This document shows, one piece after another, positions 12,428-25,689 of a stretch of DNA of 64,000 bases. The DNA lies in the NCBI RefSeq assembly GCF_036321535.1, contig NC_087437.1, forward strand, positions 58,034,001 to 58,098,000. Reading direction: 5' to 3'. The position numbers and the translations under genes were made by a program. This DNA comes from Camelus dromedarius (taxonomy: Eukaryota). Within the stretch, counting starts at the first letter, position 1; every line of letters starts with the position of its first letter. Below the pieces are notes generated by a model that did not search any database, was not told the origin of the DNA, and saw nothing but the letters and a program-made list of their open reading frames with translations.

Positions 12428-12627
12428 CACTGGTTCCTAAATGATGTTCTTTGGACATGTTCAGGTTGTCTGTGTATGAATCATCTCAAAAGGCTTTCTT
12501 TTTTCTTTTCTTTTTAAATACAAGTTTCAAAATCTCACCCTTAGGATGTTCTATTTCAATGGTCTAGGGTAGGTCTTTGGACTGTGTGTTTTTAGATGAT
12601 CCCTGGTATGTAATTTGGGAAACACTC
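12428..12627. mobile_element. MER5-type hAT element, degraded
   Basis: aatggtctagggtagg...gtgtgtgtttt-like core and tttgggaaacact terminus. Confidence 0.5.
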
Positions 12628-12784
12628 AAAGCTGCTGTACATTTTGCAGAGCTGAAAGGAAACAGTAGTAAGTGTGTCTACAAATCACAGTTCATATCAT
12701 TGAGTTGTCATCATTAACTATCAGAAACATCATAAGCCTGGAGCTCTTTGAGGTACCATCCATCCGTTTCTATTTTCACCCTCC

Positions 12785-13300
12785 ACTGTAAGATGACAGA
12801 TGATCCCAAAACTTAGTGACTTATAAAAACAAACATTTCTTATCTCTCAGTTTCTGTAAGTTAGGAATTCAGGCATGATGGGGTTGGGTACTTCCAGCTT
12901 AAGGTTTTTCATGAGGTTGCAGTTAAGTCATTGGCTGGGGCCACAGTCATCTGAAGGCTTGACTGGGGCCAAATAATCCATTTTCAAATTGTTGACCAGA
13001 GGCCTCAGTTCTTCACTGACTGTTGGCAGAGGCCTTAGCTCCTCCCCACATGGGCCTCTACACAGGACATCCTATGTGTCCTCATGACATAGCAGACACC
13101 TCCCATGGAGCAGGTAATCCAACAGAGAGTGAGGAGGAAGCCACAGCGCCTTTCATGATCCAGTTCCTGAAGTTACATCACTTTCACTTTATTCTATTCA
13201 TTAAAAATGAGTCACTAAATCCAACCCACATGCAGGGAGAATATGCCTCACCTTTCATAGGTAATGTCAAAAAACTTGTGGACGTATTTAAACCCCTGCA
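12785..13300 (-). mobile_element. MLT1-type solo LTR (F/G/H-like)
   Basis: cccaaaacttagtgactt...cagtttctgtaagttaggaattcagg...catgaggttgcagtt...tcatctgaaggcttgactgggg. Confidence 0.85.
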
Positions 13301-14985
13301 ACTTCTAATATCCGTCATACTTTGAGAATGGAAATAGAAACTAGAAATACAAAGCATCCTGCCCCCATGGAAAAGTCTTGGCTTTGAGACTCTCCTGTCC
13401 CAGCTTTAGCTCTGTACCACACTTAGCCACCAAGCCACTACCCTCTTTCTTTACAAAATGAAAATTATTATTTACTGGTGGGGAGATGTGGGTGGAGTTG
13501 GGGGCAGGGATTCTGCAAAGCCAAAGCAGATAAAATCCATGACAGTGCTGGACAGAGGTCACCTTAATTCCTTTTGTATATCCCCTCTCTGGATTTGTAT
13601 ACGTTCCTTCTGGGCACAAAGCAGCCCCCTAACAATCTCTAAGGAAATCCCATGCACAGGGACAGTCATCTCCCTGCTCCAAATTGTGTTTTCTTTCTGG
13701 TGGGCACATCCTACCTGTGCTGTTCCTAGCAATTATGCCTGGACAGGCCCTGCAAAATGTATCTAAACAATTCTTAATGCTATCTGATTAGGTAAGTCCC
13801 CTGGAGGACTTACCGTTGTGGCTGTGAATTCTTCAGTGCCCATTTATACTGAATGTGAAAGTGAGAACTGCAAATAACTGTGGACATGTCTGGAAACACT
13901 TTGAGCTTGTGGGTATGTCTACATATACATATTTAAGTATTATTTATCTAGACCTGATATATGTAAAAAATAAAAACAAAAGAGTGAGAGATTTCTACTG
14001 TGATCAGAATGGGAACTTCTCTGGAGCTCTGAAGAAAAGAATTTGGTTCAGAGTCCAGCTGCCAAAGAAAATGTCCATCAACACAGAAAACAACCTTATA
14101 ACCACCTAGGCGTATGGAAAACAGCTGAGAAAGCTCATTCCCAATTCTTTTTCAAATCCCTTTCTCATCCTCCTCTCCTCCCTAGTGTTTTCAGACTCTT
14201 TAAAGAGATCCAAGAAATTCCAGTTTGGGGGAAACTCATTGTGATAAGGCATGTAATATTAAACCACCCTGTGGCCATCACAGGAAAAAAATAAAAAGTG
14301 AAAAGCATGCCCATGCAGAGATAAGAAAAGAGCCTGAAAAACAATACTCAAAAGTTTTCCAAGCATTGAGGCATGGAGGACATACCTAAATCAGAAGTAT
14401 TTTTTTTAATGTAGCTTTAGCTAATAAGTCAAAAATTCAAGGAGCATCACAAGAGTAAGTGTAAAAGGTCCCCCGCAGACATGAAAGATGATCATGAGAG
14501 GGAACACAGAAACAGGAGGTATTCATGTTCTAGAAAGCCACCTGCAGGGCTCCCCTTTTTGCCGAGAATAAAGGGAGAATGACTGAAATTAGAAACACTT
14601 CTACTCATTTCACATTTTGAAAGTCAACTAAGGGGGACAGTGTTCAAAACAAAAAAGAAAATCGAAGCTCTTTTAAGTCAACCACCAGAACTCTGTGCTT
14701 GAGGGTGCAGCAAGGACTTTTCTTTTTTTTTTCTTTTCTTTTCTTCCCTTCCCATAAACCCCCAACCCTCCCTAGGAAGCTAAGTCACAGTATCTGGGGC
14801 AATTTATCAGGAATTATTCCCACTTAAATTATAGCCCAATTCAACCAAACCTAAAAAGTCCGGAATCTGTTCTCAAGAGCCGTCTCTATTTGAAACCGAT
14901 GAGCAAGGTTTTGTGGTAGGAAGTTTCCTGTGGTGCAGGTGACAGGCTGGACCTCCCCAGATGATGTGATAAGAAAAATCCTCCT

Positions 14986-15229
14986 CCTAAATGTCCACCG
15001 ACAGATGACTGGATAAAGAAGCTGTGGTATATTTATGCAATGGAATACTACTCAGCCATAAAAAAGGAGTAAAACAATGCCATTTGCAGCAACATGGATG
15101 GACCTGGAAATCATCATTCTAAGTGAAGTAAGCCAGAAGGAGAAAGAAAAATACCATATGATTTCACTCATATATGGGGAGGAAGGAAGGGAGGGAGGGA
15201 GGGAGGGAAGAAAGAAGGAAGGAAGGAAG

Positions 15230-15324
<95 letters not shown>

Positions 15325-15328
15325 AAAA

Positions 15329-15400
<72 letters not shown>

Positions 15401-15720
15401 AAACACTAATGAACTCATTTAAAAATAGAAACAGACTCGCAGACATAGTAAACAATCTTATGGTTACGAGGGGAAAGGGAGTGGGAAGGGATAAATTTGG
15501 GAGTTTGAGATTTGCAAATGTTAACCATTATATATAAAAATAGATTTAAAAAAACCTAATGTCTTCTGTGTAGCACAGGGAACTATATTCAATATCTTGT
15601 AATAACCTTTAATGAAAAAGAATATGAAAACAAATATATGTATATATATGCATCACGGGGACATTATGCTGTACACTAGAAACTGACACACTGTAACGGA
15701 CTACACTCCAATTAAAAAAA
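14986..15720 (+). mobile_element. 5'-truncated camelid L1 (ORF2 C-terminus, 3'UTR, poly-A) with TSD and internal purine microsatellite
   Basis: Encodes the ORF2 C-terminal motif MPFAATWMDLEIIILSEVSQKEKEKYHMISL; 3'UTR aaacagactcgcagacatag...gcacagggaactatattcaatatcttgt; TSD AAAAATCCTCCT at 14974-14985 and 15721-15732. Confidence 0.93.
15176..15403. repeat. (GGAA)/(GGGA)/(GAAA)n compound microsatellite, 228-nt pure purine tract
   Basis: Seen directly; it produces the spurious KERK/FFLS ORFs. Confidence 0.97.
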
Positions 15721-16034
15721 AAAAATCCTCCTGCAGTATGGTACTGTTATGGGTCTCTTAAGCCTTCAGCTTTCTCCAGTAGTTCAGCCAGATTTCAGAG
15801 GCTTTGATTAAGCAGTCACTGAATAAATTAAGGCCCTGAAGTTTCAGTTCATTCAGGATGGCCTCTTCAAAACTTTCATATACAATTTGGGATTGTTATA
15901 TACAAATATTTCCTGCAGTCACTGGGCACTACTGAGTTGTTCCTCTTAATTTCCCCCAATGTTAACAGACAGGAAGCAGGCTGTAGAAAATGTTTTACAG
16001 AAAATCAAAATCAGCAAACCATTCGTATAAGAGA

Positions 16035-16210
16035 AAGAACACAGGTTTTAGATCAGAAAGACCTACGGCTGAATTCAGCTCAGTCACACAGGAGCTGATT
16101 GACTTGGATAACTAACCCCCTTGGGCCTTAGTTTCCTGCATCTCTTTAAAAAAAGAAAAAGCCCAATAGGTTATTGTGAAGACAAAATAAGCATCTCCAT
16201 GAAAAGCCCT
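16035..16210 (+). mobile_element. MIR SINE
   Basis: agatcagaaagacct...ggccttagtttcctgcatct...ggttattgtgaagac. Confidence 0.6.
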
Positions 16211-16317
16211 TGGAATGACTTCACGGAGCCAGGATGAGTGAGACCAGCTTCTGATCTTTAGCAGTTCCCAGGGTAGCTGGAAAAGCAGAGCTTCATGCAT
16301 GAAAAAGACAAGGGAAG

Positions 16318-16780
16318 TACAGTAACCAGCCTCCAAGCTGGGCCCTGAAAACTTCACCTTCTGGTAGTCACATCTTTTGAGTGGTCACTTTGCACTAAGT
16401 ACCAGGGTTGGTCAGCGTGACCAACAGAAGTGATGGTTTTCACTTCCAAGATTAGGTTACAAAAGGCATTTCAGCCTCCATCTAAATCTCCCTCTCTCTC
16501 TCTCATCACTCCCTCTTGGGAAAGCCAGCTGGCATGTCACCGTGCAGCCTTATGGAGAGGACCAGGTGGAAAAGAACTGAGGTCTTCAGCCAAAAGGGAG
16601 CTGTGAAATGGATCCTCCAACCTCAGTCAAGCCTTCAAATGACCGCAGCCCTGATTGAGAAACCATGAGCCAGAACCACCCACCAAAGCCACTCCTAGAT
16701 TTTTGATCCTCCAAAATTGTGGGAGGTAACAGATGTTTGTTGAGTTGTGAGTAAACTGTTACACCACAATAAACAACAAT
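16318..16780 (+). mobile_element. MLT1F-type solo LTR
   Basis: cacttccaagattaggttacaaaagg...cagtcaagccttcaaatgaccgcagccc...gagccagaaccacccaccaaagccactcc. Confidence 0.82.
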
Positions 16781-18279
16781 TTCTTAGGTTACACTAAGCG
16801 TGGTGAGGTTTGGAAGAGGAAGAAATCCCTGAAGGCTGGGACTTGTTTGTCAAAGAATGACGTTTGGAAGGGAGGATGGGTTTGGCTGGCGAGGGAGTGG
16901 TGCTGTGCTGTAGACGTGAGCGAACTAGGCAGAAAGGCAGGGAAGCATCAGACAGGTTCCGTGGGCAGTGCAGAGAGAGCCCCGGATGCCAGGCAGCGTG
17001 TCTGCATCTTCTGATTCAGGCAATGGAGAGTCAGTGTGGATCCCTGAGCAAGGCAGTAACTAGGAATGAGAGTTGCCACTGGTGGGCACATAGAAGATGG
17101 ACTAGCTACGTAAAACCAGAAGCAAGGAAGTCAAGCAGGACCCTTTTGGAATGACCCAGGGGAAGAAATAAGGAGCTGACTCAGAGTGCAACTGAAGTCA
17201 GGATGGAGAGAAGAGATGAATGAGGTACAACAGGAACATGGTCCACCTTGTCGCACACGGCCGCCGGCCAGAGCCTGAGGTTTCTGAATCCTCACTTGGT
17301 CCTTTAATCTGTGTGCGTATTCAGTTCTATGCCTGAGGACACAACCACCAAGGGACACATACTTCAGTCAAAGCCTACCATTCATGCATATAACATGCCG
17401 TTCTGGCATACGACACATGGCACTGCGAAATGAATGCCATAAATATTGTAGATGTTATAGACACAAAATGAGAGTGAATGTGTAAGCTTTGTTTCCCTAC
17501 AGTCACCTCCACTGCAAGAACCGACTTCGAATTACGCTGTTATCTTTAATAAGGTCAGTCAAAGAGGACACCGTGGAAGTGACACACAGAAATTTCAAAA
17601 AACAATCATTCGTGACAGCAACAGGTCAGAGGAGGAAAGCCCTAAGAACCAATATTAGTACCATCAATCTTGTCCAGCCATCTGTGTAACAGGAGAAAAA
17701 TCACCAAAATGCCAATGGAGAGTCACACCACATCCACACCGTGGGATCGCTGGGGTTCTCTGGGAAGGGACACCGACCAATAACTCAGAGGCTGCCGAAA
17801 CCGCTCATTGCTCATGCTGGGAGCAATTAGGGCCATTCTAGTGAAACTACAGCAGGACAGCTGACAAAAGGACCTGACCCTTCAGCCAACTGTCTCCGAC
17901 TCAGAGTCTCCAGGCATCAGAGGAGAGGAAGCAGCATGCCACTGTGTGGGAACAACGCTCGCGGCTGTCCCCTCCCAGATGCCCAAGGCTAGTGCCCACC
18001 TGGTTTAGCCTATGTGGGAGCTCATCCCGTCCACTCTCACCTGACAGCTAGGGAAACTGAGGCTGAGAGAGACACACAGCAACCAGCCCAGGTCACATGG
18101 GCTGGAGAGTTGATCAGGACGACAACCTGGTTTCTCTAAGCCCCAGCCCAGCACTCTTCCTGCTTCCCCCCATCCTGCGGTGGAGAGGACAAAGATGATG
18201 AAGGTGCTTCCAAAGAGCCTCCGGGGAATGGACTACGCTCCGAGACGTACTGATTCCATCCAAAAACAAGCTTGAAGCC

Positions 18280-18740
18280 TCCCGTTCAGCCATCTTTGAG
18301 CACCCCTGGCAGCACTCTGCCAGGTCCCATGAAGTAAGACGGTGTGTGAGCTAATACAAGCAGGGACAGGGCAGTTTAGTGGAGATGGAAGATGCTCATG
18401 GCTGACTAACCAAAGGCTGACTATCAAGGGTGAAGGGGGAGCACTTCCAGGGGAAGGTGACATTCAAAGGGTGATGTGTCCTGACAGGGGGAGGTGGTGG
18501 CCACAAATGCCATTCAGAAAGCCTGGGAGGGCCAGCCAGGGCATATGCTGGAGGGCTGGCTCCAGGGAGGCCAGAGAGGGAAGATTACTGGGAGGCCAGG
18601 TACAAAGAGAGTCTCAACCCAAACTGCAGAGGCTTGGAATTCCAAGAGAAATTTGAACTTGACCTCACTGACAACGGGGAGACATGGATGCTTTTACTAA
18701 GGGAGGAAGGTGATTCAACCCCAGACAGGGAGAGGCTCCA
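18280..18740 (-). mobile_element. L2 LINE fragment
   Basis: ttcagccatctttgagcaccc...cttccaggggaaggtgacatt...ggagacatggatgctttt resembles antisense L2 3' region. Confidence 0.55.
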
Positions 18741-19129
18741 TCAGCCCATCTGCGGTTTGCTAAAGAGCTGTCTGTCACTAAGGCAGTCTTTTCAGGGAGC
18801 TACAAACGACGAGCACTGAAAGCAAGCTCCTTCCTGTCGCTGACACGTCATAGCGAAATGCTGATTAGCCTTCCAGAAAGGGAAGGTGCTAAGAAGCCAG
18901 CTTCAGTACCCCGTGCTTCCCCGCCTGCTGTGATGACACGGCTGTCATCCTCACTGAGGGGCCGGCTCTGCCAACACCGTCCTGCATCGGGACGAAAGGG
19001 ATGCCAAGTGTCTTTCTCGGTTCAAAAGCAATAGAGGTGGGGACACTTGCTCACGAGAATAGGGCTTGATAAAGTTACAGAAAGAGAAACCTCTCTCTAT
19101 TTGGGAAACAGAGAAATCTGTCAAAGGCA

Positions 19130-19330
19130 GTGTGGACAGTATACACAGATAAAAAAACTAGAGCTGGGTCGGGGGAGAGAGCTCCGGACATGGAAGGGGA
19201 ACACCTGTATCCCCATCCTGGCTCCACCACTCACCAGCCGCCTCACCCGTGGGGCATTCACTTTCCTGAGCCGTGGTGTCCTCGTCTGTTAAACAGAAAT
19301 AAATAGCCTCAACTTGGCCTACCTATCAAG
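19130..19330 (+). mobile_element. MIR SINE
   Basis: atcctggctccaccactcaccagc...gtgtcctcgtctgttaaacag. Confidence 0.6.
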
Positions 19331-22300
19331 ATGCCTGAGGGAGAGAGGTGCCCCAGGGGCCCCAGTCCGGGATGTGAGCAGCCAGGGCCACCCTCCAAGC
19401 ACAGTCAGACAAGGAGCCTCCTGGAACTGACTCCCTCTATGCAGGCTGAGCCCCACACTGCCGGATTTGGGCCAGAGTTCCTGTCCTCCAGTTCCGGAGC
19501 AACCATCCCTGGGCTACTCAGCTCACTTCATCTGCTGCCTATGAAACGTGCTGCTGTCATCCAGGTTTTGATGGCTGCTCAACTTTGCCAGAAACCTACA
19601 CTGAAACCACCCGAAGGGGGTCCTCCCCACCCAGCCGGCCCAAGGAGACACCTAAGGCTGCCAGATCCCGGCCTGCGCACACAGCGCCCATCAACATTCA
19701 AGTTCATCTTTATGTTACTTTCAAACATTTTGGAGGAATGAGTTGAGGTCATGTCTGTTACCCCGAAGGCTAGTCAGGGCTGCGACTAACTCCCACTGTG
19801 TCCCTTGCCTTGGCCATGAGCTGCGCGCCCTCACTACTGTGGTTATCTCAGAGACATCAGCCCCCTTCCCCGAAAAGCTCTGGCGACCTCCATTCACCGT
19901 CCCCCTGCAGTGCTGCCCACCTTGCCCTTTCCTTCCCTTTCAAAGACTGACGGGTAAACGAGCAAGTACACCACGTTGCTATCATGAAGCCAAAGCTCCA
20001 ATTATAATCCAAAAACGCAGGAAGGGAGGTAAGCAAAATGGCACCAGCCCCTTCTGCCCACCAGCAGATGGCCCTGTCATTTCTCTCCTCTGGCCAGTGG
20101 AGCCAGCAGAGCCCCCTGAGAGACTGGGTGGGGGTTTAAGTGCCTCTGTGACTGGGCTCCCACCTTCCAACAGGCTGGGACTTGAAGGGGGGGGAGAGGA
20201 AATGCTTCAACACCCTTCCCCACAGGAACCCCTGGGGCCTGATTCCAGCCCCCTCCTTCACAAAGACGCCATTCACACGAGGCCATGTTTTCCCTAAAAA
20301 AGAGAAGCCCGAATAAGCACAGAGGCCCCCTTTGATCTGCAACTTCCAAGCCTCCCAGCCCTCAGCCAGGCGGCTGGCAGCCTCTTTCCTTATTTCCTCC
20401 GAAGGGAGGCCAGCACGATGAAAGCTCTGGCCTCTGGGTCCCATTTGGAACGTCTGCGATGGGAGATTAACAGCCTCTTACACAGGAGTGATCCTCCACT
20501 CACCACAGATTTGGCTGCCAAGTTAATTGGATTCAAAAGTAAAAGAAACACATGTATTCATTGTTCCATTTCCTTGGGAAGCTCAGAAGTTGCAAACTAA
20601 GTGATGCGGAACCTCCAGAACTGTAAGAGGAGGATTATGGGGGACCTGCACGTATTCTTCAAATGACATAATTTACTAAGTAAGGTTTTTTTCCCTTTGT
20701 AATTAAGAGCCGGGGAAAAAGCAACTCCAACCACTTCATCATTTACTAGCCACAGAAGAACATTACACCACCCCTAATTCAGGCGAGCGGCCTTGGCATC
20801 CAAAAAGTTCTCCTGTCCCATTAAAGAGTCAATGGTGATTTTTGTGGGGGAGACCATCTTGCATCTATAATCCCAGTTGCCAATAAAGCTGTTTCCTCTC
20901 CATCCCCTGATCTGCTGAGCATCCTCACCTACGTGCCAATCATAAATCCCTACCCAAGGCAGAAGGGTACCAAGGGTGAGAAAATTCTTGGCCTCCTTAG
21001 CCCATAAATCACATCTTAGCTGTTAATGTTTCCACCCTGACAGGCTGATAACCTCTGCCCCGCCCCCAGCAAAGCACTCTGAAGGACCTCACGGGAAGGA
21101 CAGCACAGAGACTCAAATGTCACACTCCACTCCAGGCCCCTCCCTCTCCCCTCCATCAGAGACTTGCAACCAGTGTCCATGTAAGAGTCCACATTCACTT
21201 CATTGTCTAAAATAACGCCTGCAGCCACATCATTATAAAATTCTGATTGGGTGCCCAACCTTCTCACCTTTCTCTGGTTTAGACTCCAATCAGTCATCCC
21301 TTAATTCTAAGTTATAACTGCTATAAAACTTACACCGCATCCCTTAGTAATGCATAAGCCTTTTTCCCATATGCATTTGATATAACTATAACAGGAATAG
21401 AAGCAATGTAATGACATAAGAAACAGTATTTATTGAGTATCTGCTGGATGCTACGCTTAGAGCACTTCATACATATTATTTCAGTAAATCTTCATAACAG
21501 TCCTGTGATGTAGGCTGTTTTAGCATTTTGTTTTGTTTTATTTTTATATCTACTTACCTAGTCCACCGCTCCTCCCTTCTCCTCCCTGCCCCAGGCCACA
21601 AACCACACACTTGGATCCACGTGTTGGTGTGCGCATACACAAATCCACACCACGGGGTCACCGACAGCACAGGTCTCCCCGCCAGCATTACTCATCCCAC
21701 GTCCTAGCCCACTCGTAGCATCACGGCTTATGGAATGTGAAGATTTGAGATCTCTGGTAAACCTCCTTCTATTGGAAACATACCTAAAGTACCCTGAACA
21801 AGAAAGCTGTGTGGCTTCACTTAAAATTGGAGAAACAGCCATCATTTGACTAAGCCGCACTCAGAACACTGCAAGGAAGAGCTCCCTAGAATAACAAAGC
21901 CAGGCACCACCTGTCATTCCTGCTCTGCCAGACCCTCTTCACTTTTCTGTCACACGTGTGTCATGACACAGGAGTTCAGCACAGGCAGCTGTGGGCATGC
22001 ACCCTGAGTCCTGCAGTTAATTTAAAATCTCCCAGGTGATCTGGTTTCAAGGGTCCCTGAACCCCTTTATTTGGAGGTAATAACTAGAGCCCGGATGTGG
22101 GGACATCTAACCACATGGAGGCAGAGTCTCTGGGAATCTCCTGGAAGGAGCCATTCCTGAGTCTTCATGGTCTCAGACCCACAGAGCTGGAAGGAACTCA
22201 AAGCTTTATTAGTCCCCAAGACAACCACACAATTATCTGTCAAAACAAGATCCAGATGACTGGGTCTCAGAGAACCAATGTAACTTTGCTGATTAAGTGT

Positions 22301-22459
22301 TGAAAATAAATCCATCATCAGGTTAAGGCCTGGGCTCTCCATTTAATTATCTAGAGATTAAGAAACATTAGCTCTGTCAGACCCAACTTCTGGGGACACG
22401 CTTCACAAACATCAGACTGCTCCCTCCCTAAAGCCAACCAAAGACAGTAAAAGGAACCG

Positions 22460-22660
22460 GGGCTTTTGAGTAGATCAGAACTGGGTCCAAATTTCGGTTC
22501 TGCCACTAACTGGCGGTTAGGGATCTTGGGAATGGTGTTGTTTAGAGGATAATTTTCCTAGTTATGAAATTGAAATATTAATTTACATGAGTTGGGATTA
22601 AATGAGATAGTACGAAAGTACACACCAGGATGTTTCTTGATATACAGTAGGTACTTTACC
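22460..22660 (+). mobile_element. MIR SINE
   Basis: gaactgggtccaaatttcggttctgccactaact...ggattaaatgagata...acagtaggtact. Confidence 0.7.
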
Positions 22661-24159
22661 TTCATTCGTTCCCAGATTGTAACAGTGGTACACAGTAATA
22701 CCCCAAATCAGAGTTCTTGCAGGACAAACAATTTCCAGTTCAACACAGCAGCAAGACTCTTGCGCAGACTCTTTATAAACTCAGTAACCCATCAACCTAG
22801 CCAGCAACTTACTTTTTTCACTGACTACAACATCCTAAAGCTGCTGGCAGAGCACTCTCCCTGGGGAACTAGAGTTGGAAATGATTATTTGGTCAGTATT
22901 TGAAAAATAGAAACAGTTGTATCTGTTTCACATCCAGTTAAAATATTCTAGCCAGTAGGAGCAGGTAAAATTCATAAACAAATGAAAATCCCATCAACCA
23001 AATTCAAACAGAAACTCAATTTGGGCTTAGCTTCAAAGTACTGTGCACTCTCAAAAATAAAATATAAGCCACCAAAATATATTCATGTCCACAGCTGTGA
23101 CAGTAACATTAGTGACAGCTTGTTTACATGTAGCAGCCAAGAAATGCTCTTCCATCTGGTCAAACACCCAGCATTACATACATATTTTAAAGTTATTCAA
23201 ATATTTCCTATGTGAAAACACAGAGGTTACTTCATGTAGACAAATTTGGAAGAAGTCAAGCGCAAATATGCTACAAAGATCCTGCTTCCCCCACAGAAAG
23301 TGACATTTTCCTTTCAACCTGCCAGTTAAATGCCTCCTCTGCTTTTTCATTCATTCGCCCATCTCTACAAGTGTTTGCACTGACATTCTGCCAAAGAGTT
23401 ATCCCTCAAATCTCTAACCGGGAGGGGAGAAGGGAATCCAACAATTAGAACATGAATGTCAAACACTGGAGGTATCCCCCCAAAAATTCTAGCCCAGAGA
23501 AGGCCCAACATCAAGCCAGATTTAAAAAGTGACATCAGTACTTCAGTATATTATTACACATTTACGCCACAAGAGGCTACCTATTCCTATAGGAGATAAT
23601 GTGACTACAGTCTGACCCGCTCCCTCCCTACTCCTGACAGAGTGAAGTTGTGATTGTGACAGATCCAATATTTTGCAGACTAAAAGCACACTTCTGAGTT
23701 CATATTTCTAACCTGAGGAAAAACTTGTGAAATGAAATAAACCAACTTATAACAGCTTACTCCACTAGCATCCAGAAGCTATGTACTGTATACATACATC
23801 TCTATTTCTTACAGTATACACTTAAGGTATGCAAATGACCCAGTACTCATTGCTAAATCTTCCCAGAATAAAATCCAAAGCCTGGTCACGTTTCCCAGCC
23901 AGCAGCAGGGAAACCCATCCCCACGACCGTGGCATTGGATAAGCTTCTGCTGTAGAAAGCGTTATTTCCCCTGACAAGGAAAGAAGCAAATGCATTCAGA
24001 TTTTGGGAGCCTATCAGAGAACTCTAGAATTCCCCAAGTTCTGCTTCCACAGGTACCATTTTTTTAAAATTTCTTGAGTAGTCTTCTTGAGGAAGTGCAC
24101 TTACCATATTACAGATTCAATATCATTATAAGATTCTCAATGCTGCAGCTAGAGAGGTC

Positions 24160-24695
24160 ATTGTAAAGCACATGTGCAAATGCGTCACTCCTCTGTTCAC
24201 TCCTGAAATGCCATCCGACTAAGAGGAAAGGCCGGAATCCTGCCAGTGGCCAGAGGGCTGACAAGCCTTGCTGTCCCACCGCTTTCCTCCACGCTCACAC
24301 TAGCAACACCACCTGCCTCCCTGCTGTTCCTTGAACATCTTTAGAGTTTGGCCCTGGCTGCCAGATCCTCCCTGGTGTTCTCACAGCTCACCTTTAACCA
24401 TCTGCAAAACCTTGCTTCCACCATCTTACTCAACGTAAAATTTCAATCTCTTCCTATGTCCTTTACCCCTGCACTATTTTTCCTTTTTGTTTTATGACAC
24501 TTACTGTATTAAATAAAAAACAAAATGATCATTTATTATCACGTCAATTGTTTACTGTCTGCTTTCCCCTGGGAGAATTGTTTAAAACCCAAGAGAGTGA
24601 GAGTCCTCCATTCCATTCAATGACATGTGTCTCAGGTGCTTAGACTACTTCCTGATGCATATTAGGGCCTCAAATATTTGTTGAATGAATAACTG
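24160..24695 (+). mobile_element. L2 LINE 3' region
   Basis: gctagagaggtcatt...gtcactcctctgttca...ctgctgttccttgaaca...tcaaatatttgttgaatgaat. Confidence 0.75.
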
Positions 24696-25689
24696 AACTG
24701 CCAGAGACAGAAGCGTTTTATCACAGAAAAATTCCCCGGGGCTCTGCTGAGGCAAAGACCAGGCCTGGAGATTCCATCTCCTGGGCGGTTCACTCTACAA
24801 TGCCATAGGAAAGGACCTGGATCCCTGGGCAGGACCCCAGGCAGAAAGATGTTAGACCAGTGCTTGAGCAGAGTAACAGAAATATGGACAGACCTGGGCA
24901 AGACACACACCATCTAAAAATCACGTATCTCATCCCTGCAGGGTTCAAGACCTCCCAAGGCACCCTATTACATGGTCTCTTCAATGTGAGGTTCAAGGCT
25001 GTCAAATCTGGCACGCAGCCTCGCTATCTCTCATCGACTCCATCACTCCTCACATATGCGGTGAGCCACGCACCTCCCTTAGCCCTGCATGTACTCCTCT
25101 ACATGCCGGCAGAAGAGCTGCTTGACGCCAAGTCCCTGCCTGCCCCAGCCCCACCCACGTGCACAGACTGTCTGAAAACGTCTGGCCTCAGGCTCAGCCC
25201 CACCCACCGTTTGAGTCAGCCATGACCAAACCTGGCAGTGGATTGGGAGCCCTGCCCCATCACCACGTGGCCTAGATCACTTGTTGACCTAAACCCACGG
25301 TGTCCCATAATCCAAAGGGCATGGAAGAACGATGCAGGGTACAACACACATCGGATCAGCCTCCCCCAACTCTGAACTACTGACCCCTACAGTAGTTTAA
25401 GACCTTTGTACCTTTCTCCCATGTTTATAATCACTTTTAAACGTCTTACATCCTCTGACTCGTAATGAGGATGGGGGCTAAGAGCACAGACTGCAGTTAA
25501 ACTAAGCCGATCACCAGCTGTGTGACCCACCCTTGCCTACTTCTGTAAGTGTAAAACGGCGATTACAAGTGCACCTACCATTAGGTTTAGGTTAAATGTG
25601 AGGACAAACACATTTAAGAAGGTAAACCTCATGGAACAACAAACATAGAAAACACCTAAAGCAAACACTAAAGATATTATTCCCAGAAA

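Noticed and set aside
15077..15455. ORFs rich in KERK or FFLS repeats
   Set aside because: Translations of the (GAAA)n microsatellite and an L1 ORF2 remnant
19743..20297. 184-aa ORF and neighbouring Pro-rich ORFs
   Set aside because: Non-ATG start, GC-rich chance ORF with no homology I recognise and no convincing splice boundaries
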